From positions 62,001 through 126,000 of the forward strand of contig NIVC01001134.1 in assembly GCA_002269645.1 (NCBI GenBank): a DNA stretch of 64,000 bases, given 5' to 3'. This DNA is from Macrostomum lignano (taxonomy: Eukaryota). Within the stretch, counting starts at the first letter, position 1, and each line of letters opens with the position of its first letter. Position numbers and translations under genes: made by a program. The notes under the pieces are model-generated. The model made no database searches. It was not told where the DNA came from and saw only the letters and a program-made list of their open reading frames with translations. Positions 24,335-38,520 of the stretch are shown here, one piece after another.

Positions 24335-24702
24335 GTTCGGCTATTTATTACTAAGCAAAATTTTTTATTGCCAAATTTGCATATTTCTACTTAAAGTAGG
24401 CTAAAAATGTATGTAACTATTTTTAATTTTATGGAAAATTTCTAGGAAATCAGGGATTATTTTGAGGTTCTTTTGCGCGGCAAACTAAAAGCAAAGATGT
24501 CAAAAGCCAGTTCGTTTTCTGGAAATTTAGCAGCTGTGCCGAATCCCAACAGGATTGATTAAATCTTTGATATATTCCCGGATATATTTAATGTGTGACA
24601 CGTGACATTCATTAAATACACGATGACAGTTGCAAGTATCTGACAGCCAGGAGTTTCTGATTAAATATTTTTCTCAGATATTAACTTTTGCCTTACATCT
24701 GC

Positions 24703-24970
<268 letters not shown>

Positions 24971-25082
24971 TAGCTATTCAAATACCCTAAATAGTTCAAC
25001 TAATTAAGTAAGACATTTCAAACTTCTCACTTAAATAGAATTGTTGGCTCGCGTCCCACTTCAGACCGAATTTGAATTTCAG

Positions 25083-25128
25083 ATCAAGGCGGCCACCAAC
25101 GAACGAGGCTCTGCCACTTTACATGTAG
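25083..25128 (+). CDS. Orphan type-I membrane protein, exon 6 (cytoplasmic tail)
   Basis: Acceptor gaatttcag|A; RSRRPPTNEALPLYM*. The six exons total 1050 nt = 349 aa + stop with all phases consistent. Confidence 0.75.
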
Positions 25129-25354
25129 CTCCAGCACCGGTGGACTGCTCAGCCTGACAGACGTCTCGGGAACCGAAAGAGAAAAAATAAAATAATACGA
25201 TTGCGAAGAACTAGCGAAATGGCAATAAAATAGAGAGATTGATAAGTGAGATACCGAGGAAAAGAAGAGAAGGAGAAAAGACGAGGCAGGGGGAAAGGAA
25301 GAGGTAGAGGGAGAGACGAAGAGAGAGGGAAAGGGAGAGGCACGAGGGGCGAAG

Positions 25355-27557
25355 GTGAGACACGAGGGGAGAGGGTGAGACACGATGGGAAAGGGAAAGA
25401 CACGAGGGGAGAGGGCGAGACACGATGGGAGAGGGTGAGACACGAGAAGAAAGGGAGAGACACGAGAGGAGAGGGTAAGACACGAGGGGAGAGGGTGAGA
25501 CACAAGGGGAGAGGGTAAGACACGAGGGGAGAGGGTAAGACACGAGGGGAGAGGGTAAGACACGAGGGGAGAGGGAGAGACACGATGGGAGAGGGTGAGA
25601 CACGAGGGGAGAGGACGAGACACGATGGGAGAGGGTGAGACACGAGGGGAGAGGGTGAGACACGATGGGAAAGGGAGAGGCACGAGGGGAGAGGGTGAGA
25701 CACGATGGGAAAGGGAAAGACACGAGGGGAGAGGGCGAGACACGATGGGAGAGGGTAAGACACGAGAAGAAAGGGAGAGACACGAGAGGAGAGGGTAAGA
25801 CACGAGGGGAGAGGGTGAGACACAAGGGGAGAGGGTAAGACACGAGGGGAGAGGGTAAGACACGAGGGGAGAGGGAGAGACACGATGGGAGAGGGTGAGA
25901 CACGAGGGGAGAGGGTGAGACACGATGGGAGAGGGTGAGACACGATGGGAGAGGGTGAGACACGATGGGAGAGGGTGAGACACGAGGGGAAAGGGTGGGA
26001 CACGAGGGGAGAGGGGGTGGGACACGAGGGGAGAGGGTGAGACACGATGGGAAAGGGAAAGACACGAGGGGAGAGGGCGAGACACGATGGGAGAGGGTGA
26101 GACACGAGAAGAAAGGGAGAGACACGAGAGGAGAGGGTAAGACACGAGGGGAGAGGGTGAGACACGAGGGGAGAGGGTGAGACACGAGGGGAGAGGGTGA
26201 GACACGATGGGAGAGGGTGAGACACGATGGGAGAGGGTGAGACACGAGGGGAGAGGGTAAGACACGAGGGGAGAGGGTGAGACACGAGGGGAGAGGGCGA
26301 GACACGAGGGGAGAGGGTAAGACACGAGGGGAGAGGGTGAGACACGAGGGGAGAGGGTAAGACACGAGGGGAGAGGGCGAGACACGAGGGGGAGAGGTTA
26401 AGACACGAGGGGAGAGGTTAAGACACGAGGGGAGAGGGTGAGACACGAGGGGAGAGGGCGAGACACGAGGGGAGAGGTTAAGACACGAGGGGAGAGGTTA
26501 AGACACGAGGGGAGAGGGTGAGACACGAGGGGAGAGGGTGAGACACGAGGGGAGAGGGTGAGACACGATGGGAGAGGGTGAGACACGATGGGAGAGGGTG
26601 AGACACGAGGGGAGAGGTTAAGACACGAGGGGAGAGGTTAAGACACGAGGGGAGAGGTTAAGACACGAGGTGAGAGGTTAAGACACGAGGGGAGAGGTTA
26701 AGACACGAGGGGAGAGGGTAAGACACGAGGGGAGAGGGAGAGACACGATGGGAGAGGGTGAGACACGATGGGAAAGGGTGAGACACGATGGGAGAAGGTG
26801 AGACACGATGGGAGAGGGTAAGACACGAGGGGAGAGGGCGAGACACGAGGGGAGAGGTTAAGACACGAGGGGAGAGGGTGAGACACGAGGGGAGAGGGTG
26901 AGACACGAGGGGAGAGGGCGAGACACTAGGGGAGAGGTTAAGACACGAGGGGAGAGGTTAAGACACGAGGGGAGAGGGCGAGACACGAGGGGAGAGGTTA
27001 AGACACGATGGGAGAGGGTGAGACACGAGGGGAGAGGGTAAGACACGAGGGGAGAGGGTGAGACACGAGGGGAGAGGGTGAGACACGAGGGGAGAGGGTG
27101 AGACACGATGGGAGAGGGTGAGACACGAGGGGAGAGGTTAAGACACGAGGGGAGAGGTTAAGACACGAGGGGAGAGGGTGAGACACGAGGGGAGAGGGTG
27201 AGACACGATGGGAGAGGGTGAGACACGAGGGGAGAGGTTAAGACACGAGGGGAGAGGTTAAGACACGAGGGGAGAGGGTGAGACACGAGGGGAGAGGGTG
27301 AGACACGAGGGGAGAGGGTGAGACACGATGGGAGAGGGTGAGACACGAGGGGAGAGGTTAAGACACGAGGGGAGAGGTTAAGACACGAGGGGAGAGGGTG
27401 AGACACGATGGGAGAGGGTGAGACACGAGGGGAGAGGTTAAGACACGAGGGGAGAGGTTAAGACACGAGGGGAGAGGTTAAGACACGAGGGGAGAGGTTA
27501 AGACACGAGGGGAGAGGTTAAGACACGAGGGGAGAGGGTGAGACACGAGGGGAGAGA
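25355..27557. repeat. 20-bp polypurine minisatellite (~110 copies)
   Basis: Unit gagacacgaggggagagggt; source of the ORFs at 25084-27406. Confidence 0.99.
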
Positions 27558-28014
27558 GTAAGCGAGTATGTAGGCAGTGATGAAAGGAACGAATGTCACT
27601 CGCATGAAAATGAACAGTGGCCACATTGATTGCATAAGAACTTTAACGCTTAGCTACTAATTATTACATTATAACTATGACGGCAACAGTGTCAAACAAA
27701 ACAAATTATGCGATAATTTTCTGAATACTCATTAGGCATTCATTTTGCAGTGAATACAATTAGCAATTAGCGCTTGACCACCTGATCCGCAGTGCCTTCT
27801 CACTAAATGCTTTGGTATATCCTGTTTTCATACTTGTTGTCCAATAACTTTTTATCTATTTCTAATTCGTAAGAAACTTTTTAAATATTTTTATTGAAAT
27901 ATATTCATACAATACATTTGAAATAAAATTTTGTTTATTAGAATTGGATTTTTTATTGTGTACTTTTATTATTGCGTTATGTTTTATTTTGTTGACTTTT
28001 TTTAACAGATTAAC

Positions 28015-29095
28015 CATCTGAGGGAGAGTGAAAGCATCTGAGGGAGGGCGAAAGCATCTGAGGGAGGGCGAAAGCATCTGAGGGAGGGTGAAGGCATCTG
28101 AGGGGAGGGTGAAGGCATCTGAGGGGAGGGTGAAGGCATATGAGGGGAGGGTGAAGGCATCTGAGGGAGGGCGAAAGCATCTGAGGGAGGGTGAAGGCAT
28201 CTGAGGGGAGGGTGAAGGCATCTGAGGGGAGGGTGAAGGCATCTGAGGGAGGGTTAAAGCATCTGAGGGGACGTTGAAGGCATCTGAGGGAGGGTGAAAG
28301 CATCTGAGGGAGGGTTAAAGCATCTGAGGGAGGGTTAAAGCATCTGAGGGAGGGTGAAGGCATCTGAGGGAGGGTGAAAGCATCTGAGGGAGGGTTAAAG
28401 CATCTGAGGGAGGGTGAAGGCATCTGAGTGAGGGTGAAAGCATCTGAGGGAGGGTTAAAGCATTTGAGGGAGGGTGAAAGCATCTGAGGGAGGGTGAAAG
28501 CATCTGAGGGAGGGTTAAAGCATCTGAGGGAGGGTGAAAGCATCTGAGGGAGGGTGAAAGCATCGGAGGGAGGGTGAAAGCATCTGAGGGAGGGTGAAAG
28601 CATCTGAGGGAGGGTGAAAGCATCTGAGGGAGGGTGAAAGCATCTGAGGGAGGGTGAAGGCATCTGAGGGAGGGTGAAAGCATCTGAGGGAGGGTGAAAG
28701 CATCTGAGGGAGGGTGAAAGCATCTGAGGGAGGGTGAAAGCATCTGAGGGAGGGTGAAAGCATCTGAGGGAGGGTGAAAGCATCTGAGGGAGGGTGAAAG
28801 CATCTGAGGGAGGGTGAAAGCATCTGAGGGAGGGTGAAAGCATCTGAGGGGGGGTGAAAGCATCTGAGGGAGGGTGAAAGCATCTGAGGGAGGGTGAAAG
28901 CATCTGAGGGAGGGTGAAAGCATCTGAGGGAGGGTGAAAGCATCTGAGGGAGGGTGAAAGCATCTGAGGGAGGGTGAAAGCATCTGAGGGAGGATGAAGG
29001 CATCTGAGGGAGGGTGAAAGCATCTGAGGGAGGGTTAAAGCATTTGAGGGAGGGTGAAAGCATCTGAGGGAGGGTTAAAGCATCTGAGGGAGGGC
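28015..29095. repeat. 20-bp minisatellite
   Basis: Unit gcatctgagggagggtgaaa; source of the ORFs at 27862-29238. Confidence 0.99.
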
Positions 29096-29302
29096 ACCTT
29101 TATCTCTCCTCTCCCTCTCCCTCTCCCTCTCCCTCCTCCCTCCCCTCTCCTTCTACCTCTCCCTTTTTTGTAAATCAAAATCCAACTCACACTTTCCTTT
29201 AGAAGCAGCAAGTTCCATGTAATCGTAGTTTTTCTCACAATCCCAAAAGTGTGTTCTAACTAATAGTCATGGAAATTCTGCGTTATAATTTATAAAATAA
29301 AA

Positions 29303-29338
29303 TCACGTGACTGACAAGACCATACAGACATCACGTGA
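29303..29338. promoter_or_regulatory. Paired TCACGTGA (CLEAR/E-box-like) sites upstream of the DEF8-like gene
   Basis: TCACGTGA at 29303-29310 and 29331-29338, about 100 bp before a candidate first exon ATG...ACA G|GTGGGC (29436-29457). Confidence 0.5.
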
Positions 29339-29435
29339 TCTGTCGGCAGTTATCTTTAGTCTACGGAAAACTTTCAACAAACTCTCTAAACAGAATAATA
29401 ATTATAAAGATTTGCGCTCCTTTCTTATCCGGCGA

Positions 29436-29457
29436 ATGTCGCTTGCGTCCGTCACAG
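29436..29457 (+). CDS. Candidate first coding exon of the DEF8-like gene
   Basis: MSLASVT + G with a phase-1 donor GTGGGC, which matches the phase of the 30988 acceptor. Short, so weakly supported. Confidence 0.35.
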
Positions 29458-29715
29458 GTGGGCGCAGAGCAGTTTGAATAATAATTCCATTCACTGCAGG
29501 TGTCACTGGCTTGTGTAAAACTGGGGTTTCATTGACCTTAATTGCGATAGCAAACAGTTTAGCCATGAGTGAAGATTCTTTCGGGGGAGGGGGTGGCTGC
29601 GATGACGTCAGCATGGCATTAGCATTATTTACCGTGTCAACCTTTGACAATTGAGGGGTCTGTCATGATTGGTAATGTAAAATAGGGGCAGAAGGATTCA
29701 TCAGTTTCTATTTTC

Positions 29716-29885
29716 AGTCAGTCAGTCAGTCAGTCAGTCAGTCAGTCAGTCAGTCAGTCAGTCAGTCAGTCAGTCAGTCAGTCAGTCAGTCAGTCAGTCA
29801 GTCAGTCAGTCAGTCAGTCAGTCAGTCAGTCAGTCAGTCAGTCAGTCAGTCAGTCAGTCAAGCAGTCAGTCAGTCAGTCAGTCAG
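29716..29885. repeat. (GTCA)n microsatellite
   Basis: Pure tetranucleotide run. Confidence 0.99.
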
Positions 29886-30987
29886 TTGGCATGCCTGACT
29901 TTCGGGTCACTCGGGGGTCACGCCAGCTGCCTCTCAACGACCTGTCCCTAAACAGTTTGCTTTTCTCTTACTCATCACTTCAACCGGTCGACCCCCCTAA
30001 CCTGCGACGGGGCAGCCCTGTGGCGGCGTGTCTCCCAGGGTTCAACTGAAGGTCGTTTCTCGTCCCGGCATTTTGCTTTAGGGATGAAGATCCCTTGTAC
30101 GCTGCAGGCATCCCCAACAGAACAAATTTTTCACCCCTCGGGGCACTGAGCCTATTATTAGCTGCATGACGTCATTCGCCAAACCAAACTCTCTGTTCAG
30201 GAATTTTTCCTTCAGACCACACAGGGATATGGAAGAGCGCGAGCTTATATGACTCAGCCCCAATGCAGAATCCCTAACCTCCATCCCTTAGCTAAGGCGG
30301 CCCTAAGGGGCTTTGGAGCTTTAGTCCCATTTTAGGGCTCGCGCATACCTCACCACAACGCCTAAACGTCACCCGAGTTAAAACATAAACACAGAGTTAA
30401 GCATATTGCAGTTAAAACCATAAATCATTTTTTCGGCGAAATCAAACCTAAGTAATATGAAAGACAAGATTTTTACAAAAAACTCAATTTCAAGATTCCG
30501 CTAAATTGTAGGCATAAAAAAGTAGAAATTCTCCCCAGATTCTATCCAGGTCCTCAGTTCCAGAATCCCCTGTTGTGACGGCCAACCACGGATGAGGCAG
30601 AGCAGGTCAGGTTCGGGTCGTCCCTAAACGATCTGGGATCCTAGCCCAGACTCTCGAGGGGGGGAAGGGCAACCGGGGACGCACGCTGGATAGGGGGAGG
30701 GGGAGAGGATTGGGGATAGACTGCCCCCCCCGAGTTTATCCCAATCGGGACACGCACGGAACGACCGCGTGGTTCTGATCGGAAATTTCACCCCACAGGG
30801 CCTCTCCCTGCCTCTCCCCGCCTTATATTATTGCGCAACGCTTTGCAAAGCTCCAAGGACAGGCGGGACGGGGCGGAACAGACAGACGCAGAGAGGCCAG
30901 CCACCCCCGAGCTTCAGCCACCCCCTCCCTACGTATAAAACCCTGGGACGCGACCCGTCTCGACCTCGTCACGTCTCTCCTCTGCAG

Positions 30988-31754
30988 GCCCCGATTTCAC
31001 CTTCATTGTCCCCTCCGAACTCGTCAGGATGGAGAAGCTGCAGCCCGCTGCCACCGAGTCCTGGCGCGGAGGCCACAGTCTCGTGCTCAGCCGTGACCGC
31101 TCCAGCCAGTGGTGCGACCTCTGCGTTCGGCGCCTGCGACGCTTCGAGTTCCTGCCAGCCACCGAGTTCTGGCGCTGCACCGCCTGCGGCTACAGCCTGC
31201 ACAAGGCGTGCCTGCCAAAGTGCACCAGGAAGGCCGGCCAGCAGGAGGCCGACGTGACGATCGCGGCGCCTCGCAGCTGTCCGGCCCAGCTGTCGCCGTC
31301 CTCGCTGAACTGGACGCGCGCTCACCCGGACCCCGTGGTGCAGGATTTGGCCTCGTGGAACGCCAAGTGCGCTGACTGCGGGCGCCAGCTGGTGGGCTGC
31401 GACAGCATCCGGTTCTGCAGTTACTACGGCCGCACCTACTGCCGGCTGTGCCACTGGAATGACAGCGCCGTGGTCCCCGCCAGCCTGCTGGTCACGTGCC
31501 TGGCCCGGCCTCAGCCAGTCAGCCGGGCGGCTCTCGGCGTCATCCGCGCCCTGGAGACCAGCTCGTTTGTCCGGCTGGACAGCCACGAAGGCCTGGCATT
31601 TCTGCAGGAGTACCTGCACCGGAACTTCGACACGCCCGGCGGCGGCGGCATCTCCGCCAGCCTGCACGACATCCTCAACTGCAGGCAGAGCCTGCTCGAG
31701 CGGCTGGACAACTGCCGAGGATGCCCGGCTTTAAAAGAGTCGCTTGAAGTCAAG
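30988..31754 (+). CDS. DEF8: DEF8-like protein (C1 domain + Rubicon-homology domain), main exon
   Basis: C1: HSL..QWCDLC..WRCTACGYSLHKACLPKC. RH: CADCG..RFCSYYGRTYCRLCHWNDSAVVPA. Acceptor tctcctctgcag|, donor AAG|GTGAGA. Confidence 0.85.
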
Positions 31755-32739
31755 GTGAGAATGGAGGGCGAGCTTTCATTTATCAGTGCAGACAAACTGG
31801 AGTATTTTGTAAAACGCGGTAATTGGGCCTTATAATATTTATACAATTTAATATTGCCTTTTAATTATATGATTTCTAAGAAAATGATTTAAGATTTCTT
31901 GGAATTTTTTAGAAAGCTAGATAACGATTTCCCTAGTTCAAATACGCATGGTTATTTCTTAGAAAGTGTATAGTGGTTTCTTAGAAACTGACAAGTGATT
32001 TCTACGAAACTGTATAGTGATTTTTAGTGAATTACTGGGTAATTTCTTGGAAACACGATAAAATTTTGGAGAACTTTAATTTTTCAAAGCCATAAATTGC
32101 TTGCTATTTCATAGAGACCAACAAGAACTGTGATAGAATATACTCTGTAGTTTCTATGAAATAATTTTGTGCTTTTTTGAGAATCTATCTCTTTGGTGAT
32201 TTTCTCAAAGACTCTCAGTGTTACGCTTTATGAACCTAAGCAAACTATCTATGGGTTCACAGCAAAATACCGTACAGGCTAACTTTGAGGTCACGGCCGG
32301 TTTTATCTATCGATAAAAGCAAAACGGTTTAAAAATGCCAAACTTTTAAACAGCCCCATTCTTAAATCCCAAACAGAGGCCCTATCTAATCAAGTTTTGG
32401 AATGCTCTTTGAGTGTCAGTCCCAAACTAGAGCTGGGCCATTACTTTGATTTTCAACTTGTCTCAGTGGTGCAAATATTCAACGGCTCTGATAAGAAGCC
32501 ATAAAAGTATATGATAATTAAAAATGCAGAGCTATTTTCGGTTTTAGCAATATTTAGCATTTGTTAAAATTCAATCAAAAGTTTCGAAAGGCAAAAAATT
32601 ATGAGCCAAGGGTACAGGCTATACTCGTAAATTGCATCTAAGGAAGCGCCCAGGCGGTGTCCTCTGACTTCTTTCTCGCAGATCGTATCCTAGAGAATAA
32701 ACACTATATCATAAACAAAGTAGTCTACGATTTCTAAGG

Positions 32740-33545
32740 AACTGTACGGTGCTTTCACAGAAACTATATGGTGTTTTCTAAGAAATTGTAGTATGAATAT
32801 TTCAAAGAGCCTCTATCATGATTTCTAAGAAGCTGTGCGGTGATTTACAAGAAACTGTATGATGATTTCCAAGAAACTGTGTGATGATTTACAAGAAACT
32901 GTATGATGTTTTACAAGAAACTGTATGATGATTTCTAAGAAACTGTGTGATGATTTCTAAGAAACTGTGTGATGATTTCTAAGAAACTGTAGTATGAATA
33001 TTTCAAAGAGCCTCTATTATGATTTCTAAGAAGCGGTGCGGTGATTTACAAGAAACTGTATGATGAATTCTAAGAAACTGTGTGATGATTTCTAAGAAAC
33101 TGTGTGATGATTTACAAAAAACTGTATGATGTTTTACAAGAAACTGTGATGATTTCTAAGAAACTGTGTAATGATTTACAAGAAACTGTGTGATGATTTA
33201 CAAGAAACTGTATGATGATTTCTAAGAAACTGTGTGATGATTTACAAGAAACTGTGTGATGATTTACAAGAAACTGTATGATGATTTCTGAGAAAATGTA
33301 TGTTGATTTCTAAGAAACTGTGTGATGATTTCTGATCAACTTTGTGATGATTTCTAAGAAACTGTATGATGTTTTACAAGAAACTGTGATGATTTCTAAG
33401 AAACTGTGTAATGATTTACAAGAAACTGTGTGATGATTTACAAGAAACTGTATGATGATTTCTAAGAAACTGTGTGATGATTTACAAGAAACTGTGTGAT
33501 GATTTACAAGAAACTGTATGATGACTTACAAGAAACTGTATATTT
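32740..33545. repeat. 22-bp AT-rich minisatellite
   Basis: Unit gatgattt(ct/ac)aagaaactgt(g/a)t. Confidence 0.95.
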
Positions 33546-34137
33546 ATTTTTTGGAAAGTATATTGCGATCTTTCGGAAAATATCGTGGTTTCTAAGAAAC
33601 TATATAATGAAGCCACCCATCAATGGGCAATCTGCATCTACGAGGCTCGTAATTCTCGCCTATTTCAGCACTGGCTTGGCAAACAAGCCATGATTACGTA
33701 ATCAGGTTATTCAGTGCAGTATGAAAATTAGACAGAAAAAGGAGTGAAGTGAACGCTCATAGGGGTCGGTCTGTTTGACTCACTCGTTTCAATCCAGATT
33801 CCTAAAAGCAGCCATTTCCAGCATGCAGCACAATATAATGTTAGTCATAAATTTAACCTCTTCATGAATCGCTCTGTCTTGCACCTGCCAATCAACGCAA
33901 AACTTAAGAAACATACAAATATTGCTGTGTTTAGGAATTCAACTTAGACCCTTGGTCAGAACTCTATAATAGCTTTAAATATTTTATAATAATTGTTTTA
34001 TAACTTTTCTTAGGCCAACTGACCCAGCATCTCATTATATTATTCATATTAACTACGGCTAACCTTTGACCTTAAAGGCCTTACCCAAGTCACGTGAATT
34101 GATGAATAATTTTACCCTTTAAATAGAGAATTTTTTA

Positions 34138-34940
<803 letters not shown>

Positions 34941-34964
34941 GCTAACCAGCCCTCTCCCCGCCAG

Positions 34965-35227
34965 CTGCCGGACATCAGCCAGCGTCACCTGCTGCCCCAA
35001 TCGGCCTATCAATACAACCTGCGCGAGCTCAGCCTCATCGCCAGCGGCGAGGCCGACCAGCTGATGCTGGAGCTCAGCCGGATGCACAAAGCGGTGGCCA
35101 GTCACGTGACAGCCTGTCTGGACTGCACGCCGCGCGTCTGCCCAACCTGTCTCGACCTCCGGCGTCGGGTGCATCGGTTCAACGAGTTCGCGGTGCACTG
35201 CCTCGGCTGCCGGAGCGTCTATCACGC
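34965..35227 (+). CDS. DEF8: DEF8-like, RH-domain exon
   Basis: LPDISQRHLL...YNLRELSLI...HVTACLDC...CPTC...FNEFAVHCLGCRSVYH; acceptor ccccgccag|, donor GC|GTGAGT. Confidence 0.85.
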
Positions 35228-35464
35228 GTGAGTTTCTGGCGGGCGCGGCTTGTTTGAAGTCGGCAGTTGTCTGTAATTATTGCGGGGCCGATGGATAATG
35301 ACAGACACAAATGATTTTCCCCATTCATTATTCAAACAGCTTTGCCTCTTATGACGCGTGTCTCTGTGTCTCGCAGCTTTCAGATCGTGCTCATGTCTTT
35401 GAGCAAGGGAAAATCTTTCCGGATACAGAAAATAAAAAATGCTGTAACGAATAGTAATTGGGAT

Positions 35465-35468
<4 letters not shown>

Positions 35469-35554
<86 letters not shown>

Positions 35555-35593
35555 ATAGATAAATAGATAGATCGATAGATAGATAGATAGATA
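35469..35593. repeat. (GATA)n microsatellite
   Basis: Tetranucleotide run in the last DEF8-like intron. Confidence 0.99.
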
Positions 35594-35633
35594 AGCCCGC
35601 AGGCATCACAAAGCTCCAACCGCACACCCACAG

Positions 35634-36063
35634 CACTTGCCGGGCGGCCGCAGCTGTGTGCAGGGTCTGCCTCTGCCAGAATGAAATCCGCCGGTTGCAC
35701 AGACGCGCCGGCATCTCAGTTGACAGCCAGCAGCATCGTCAGTCGCAGAGTCAAACGCCAGCTGTCACCATGGCAACCATCGGGAACAGAGACGACGCTC
35801 AATTATTAAGCATCTACGAGGCTGGCAGGTCGTGCCGTGAGCAGTGCTCACTGCTGCAGCGGCTGCTCAGCCTGGCGCCCAGCTGCTGTGAGCCGCCTCA
35901 GCCTCCGGCGCCCCTGCTGCACCCACAGCAGCAGCAGCAGCAGCAGCAGACGCATCTGGCCAACATGCAGGCAAAGAAACTTCAACAGTTCAGCTCAGAA
36001 GATGACGAAGTCGAGAACCACCAGAAGAACTCTGCAGGCGAGCAGCGGTGCCGAACGAAATGA
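35634..36063 (+). CDS. DEF8: DEF8-like, terminal exon (end of RH zinc finger and Gln-rich tail)
   Basis: Phase-2 acceptor cacccacag|C gives ...VYHA-TCRAAAAVCRVC..., matching the DEF8 FHxxC...CxxC ending; stop TGA at 36061-36063. Confidence 0.75.
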
Positions 36064-36631
36064 TTGATGACTGTGACGTCATTGCTGCTTGAGCAGGAGA
36101 CTCAAGTTTGTAAATTTGTATTAAAATGGAACCAATATAGGCTCAAGTACCGCATATTCCCCTCCAGTTCCAGTTTCAATTCCGAACTGCCTGTTGTATT
36201 TTTTATTCGATAATCGAGTCAGTTTTGCCCTTTTGCAAAAAAATGCTCAAGTTTGCGAACTATTTTTCGGGCGAAAAGATGCGAATAATATCGATTTTTA
36301 TTTAACATTTTTATTTCTTTTATCAGCACCATCAAATTGCGACTTTGTACAGAGGCACTGAATTACAGGTGATCGCTGCAATCAATTACTAATATGCATA
36401 CTTTTCCGGAATATTTCGCTATTTTTCCTGAAAACCTGCTCAAATATTTAATGTCATATATTGGTGCCGCATACTACTCATCCGAGAATAGCTAGTAGTA
36501 TGCAGATAAATTCGTACAATAAAGTTTTTTCCCGAAAGTTGTAAATAGATTTTCCATAGAAAAATAAACAATGTATCAAATTCAGGACAGCTTTTTGTCC
36601 TTTCGTTGTCGTAAACTAACTTTTGAATTAA

Positions 36632-37063
<432 letters not shown>

Positions 37064-37509
37064 TCAAGTCATGGCGGACTGGGGGCTGAGCCCGATGGCC
37101 TGCAAGTCAGTCAAAAACGTGTCATTTAGCGTCACAGTTCCGCCTTGGCCACGGCGCAGGCGCTCAGTGGGCTGATGCAGGAGAGCCAGCGCCAGAGGAT
37201 TTTGCTCGCCGCGGCCGTGGCTTCTTAGGCAGTGGCCAAGTAACATCTGACGGCGTTTACGGATAGTGCAGCTGAGCGCGGGAACACCAGCGCGAGTCAT
37301 CAGGTCCCTGGTCGGCACAGTATCAGGGTAGTGCACGCCCAGGGCATAGTGGAGCAGCGACCTGTAGTGAACATATAGGGCTTGCTGTCGCGTCGCAGTC
37401 ATTGGCACAGCCTCCATGCCATATAGGAGAATCGGCTCAACGGCAGTGCGGAAAAGGCGCATCTTTAGGCCGTCGCGAGCGGTTGAATTGAAGACGCTCC
37501 TGAGCATGC
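37064..37509 (-). mobile_element. RTE-like LINE, post-RT C-terminal segment (non-inverted 3' part)
   Basis: RMLRSVF..KMRLFRTAVEPILLYGMEA..IRKRRQMLLGHCLR, typical of the RTE C-terminal region. Confidence 0.85.
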
Positions 37510-38154
37510 GTGGTGGATTCAGACCAGGCAGGTCAACAACTGAGCAGGTTGCAACCATCCGCTGCATCATCGAAGCCTGTAAGATGCACCAGCGTTCCAC
37601 TCTCAATTGATTTTGTCGACTTCCGCAAAGCGTTCGACTCAGTTGACGGACCTGCACTCCCATGGATTCTGTCCTACTGGCGTTCCTTCCAAACTTGTAG
37701 CTGCTGTGATGGACTTGTGCAGCGATTCAGCACAACTTCCGGCGTCCTTCAGGGCGACACGCTGGCTCCACTACTCTTCATTGTTGTGGTAGACTATGTT
37801 CTTCGCCGATGCCTGCGTGAAGATGATGGCTATGTGCTGGTCTCACGTCGAAGCTCCCGACATCCCGCCGTCTCGCTGCCTGCTCTCGCCTATGCTGACG
37901 ACATTGCCCTTCTGTGTCGCGATCCGGCTGCTGCCCAACGGGCTCTGTCTAGACTCTACACTCGAGTTGAGGGCACTCGAGTTGGCTTGGTGATCAACGC
38001 ATCCAAGACTGAGGTGCTCCACGTGGGCACTGCAACTACCCCTGCGCTAGCTCTTCCAAACGGAGAAGTCGTCAAGGTGTGCGAGGACTTCCGCTACCTC
38101 GGCTCCCTTGTCTTGCGCCCCGACACCATTGTCTCTGACAGGAGGACTCAGGCC
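37504..38154 (+). mobile_element. RTE-like LINE reverse-transcriptase core (inverted 5' part, frameshifted)
   Basis: GFRPGRSTTEQ, FVDFRKAFDS, GVLQGDTLAPLLF, YADDIALL, GLVINASKTE, FRYLGS. Confidence 0.92.
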
Positions 38155-38379
38155 ACGCTAAATGGATCGGTTTATACGTCGTGCGCAACATGGCGCAACA
38201 GGACCAGTCGATAAACTGTTGCCTTGGAGTAGGGTTGGGCTCGGAGAAGCTGGAGAGAGCTGGGAGGAGAGAGGCCGACCGATGATTCTCAGTTGGGCTG
38301 TCAAAAACTATAAATACTGTCCAACTACCTGCACTGCAAGCAAATGCACCGCAGTCAATATATTTTTACCTTACTTAGC

Positions 38380-38520
38380 CCCCTTACTTACTTACTTATT
38401 TTAATTTTTATAGCCTTGAGCCCCATCAGAGCATAGCGCAGCGTACAGCTGAATAATTCATTAAAAAGACGTCACCTGTCTATCCCCCCCAGAGACAAAT
38501 CCCACAGCCAACTGTGCCCT
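38380..38520 (-). mobile_element. Short retroposon 3' end with (TAAG)n tail; related copy at ~41100-41290
   Basis: On the minus strand ...gctatgctc..ggggctcaaggc..taagtaagtaag; gccttgagcccc..ctgaataatt..tcacctgt..agacaaat is shared with the 41.1-kb copy. Confidence 0.5.

Noticed and set aside
25084-29238. Numerous 60-430-aa Ser/Pro/Leu ORFs
   Set aside because: Translations of two 20-bp minisatellites; the unit length is not a multiple of 3.
29402-29650. Minus-strand ORF with PPPPP (SKVDTVNN...RKSL)
   Set aside because: It has a possible acceptor but no identifiable upstream exon or homology, and lies antisense to the likely DEF8 promoter and first exon.
29886-30300. Possible retroposon 3' end with a (CTGA)n tail on the minus strand
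   Set aside because: No recognisable RT, endonuclease or RNase H motif in any frame.
30571-30972. Possible solo LTR (TGTGACG...TATAAAA...CGTCAC)
   Set aside because: The right end is CG rather than CA, and no TSD or polyadenylation signal was found; plausible but unsupported.
35764-35777. X-box-like GTCACCATGGCAAC, and a perfect GTCACGTGAC at 35101-35110
   Set aside because: Both lie inside DEF8-like coding exons and are explicable by codon content.
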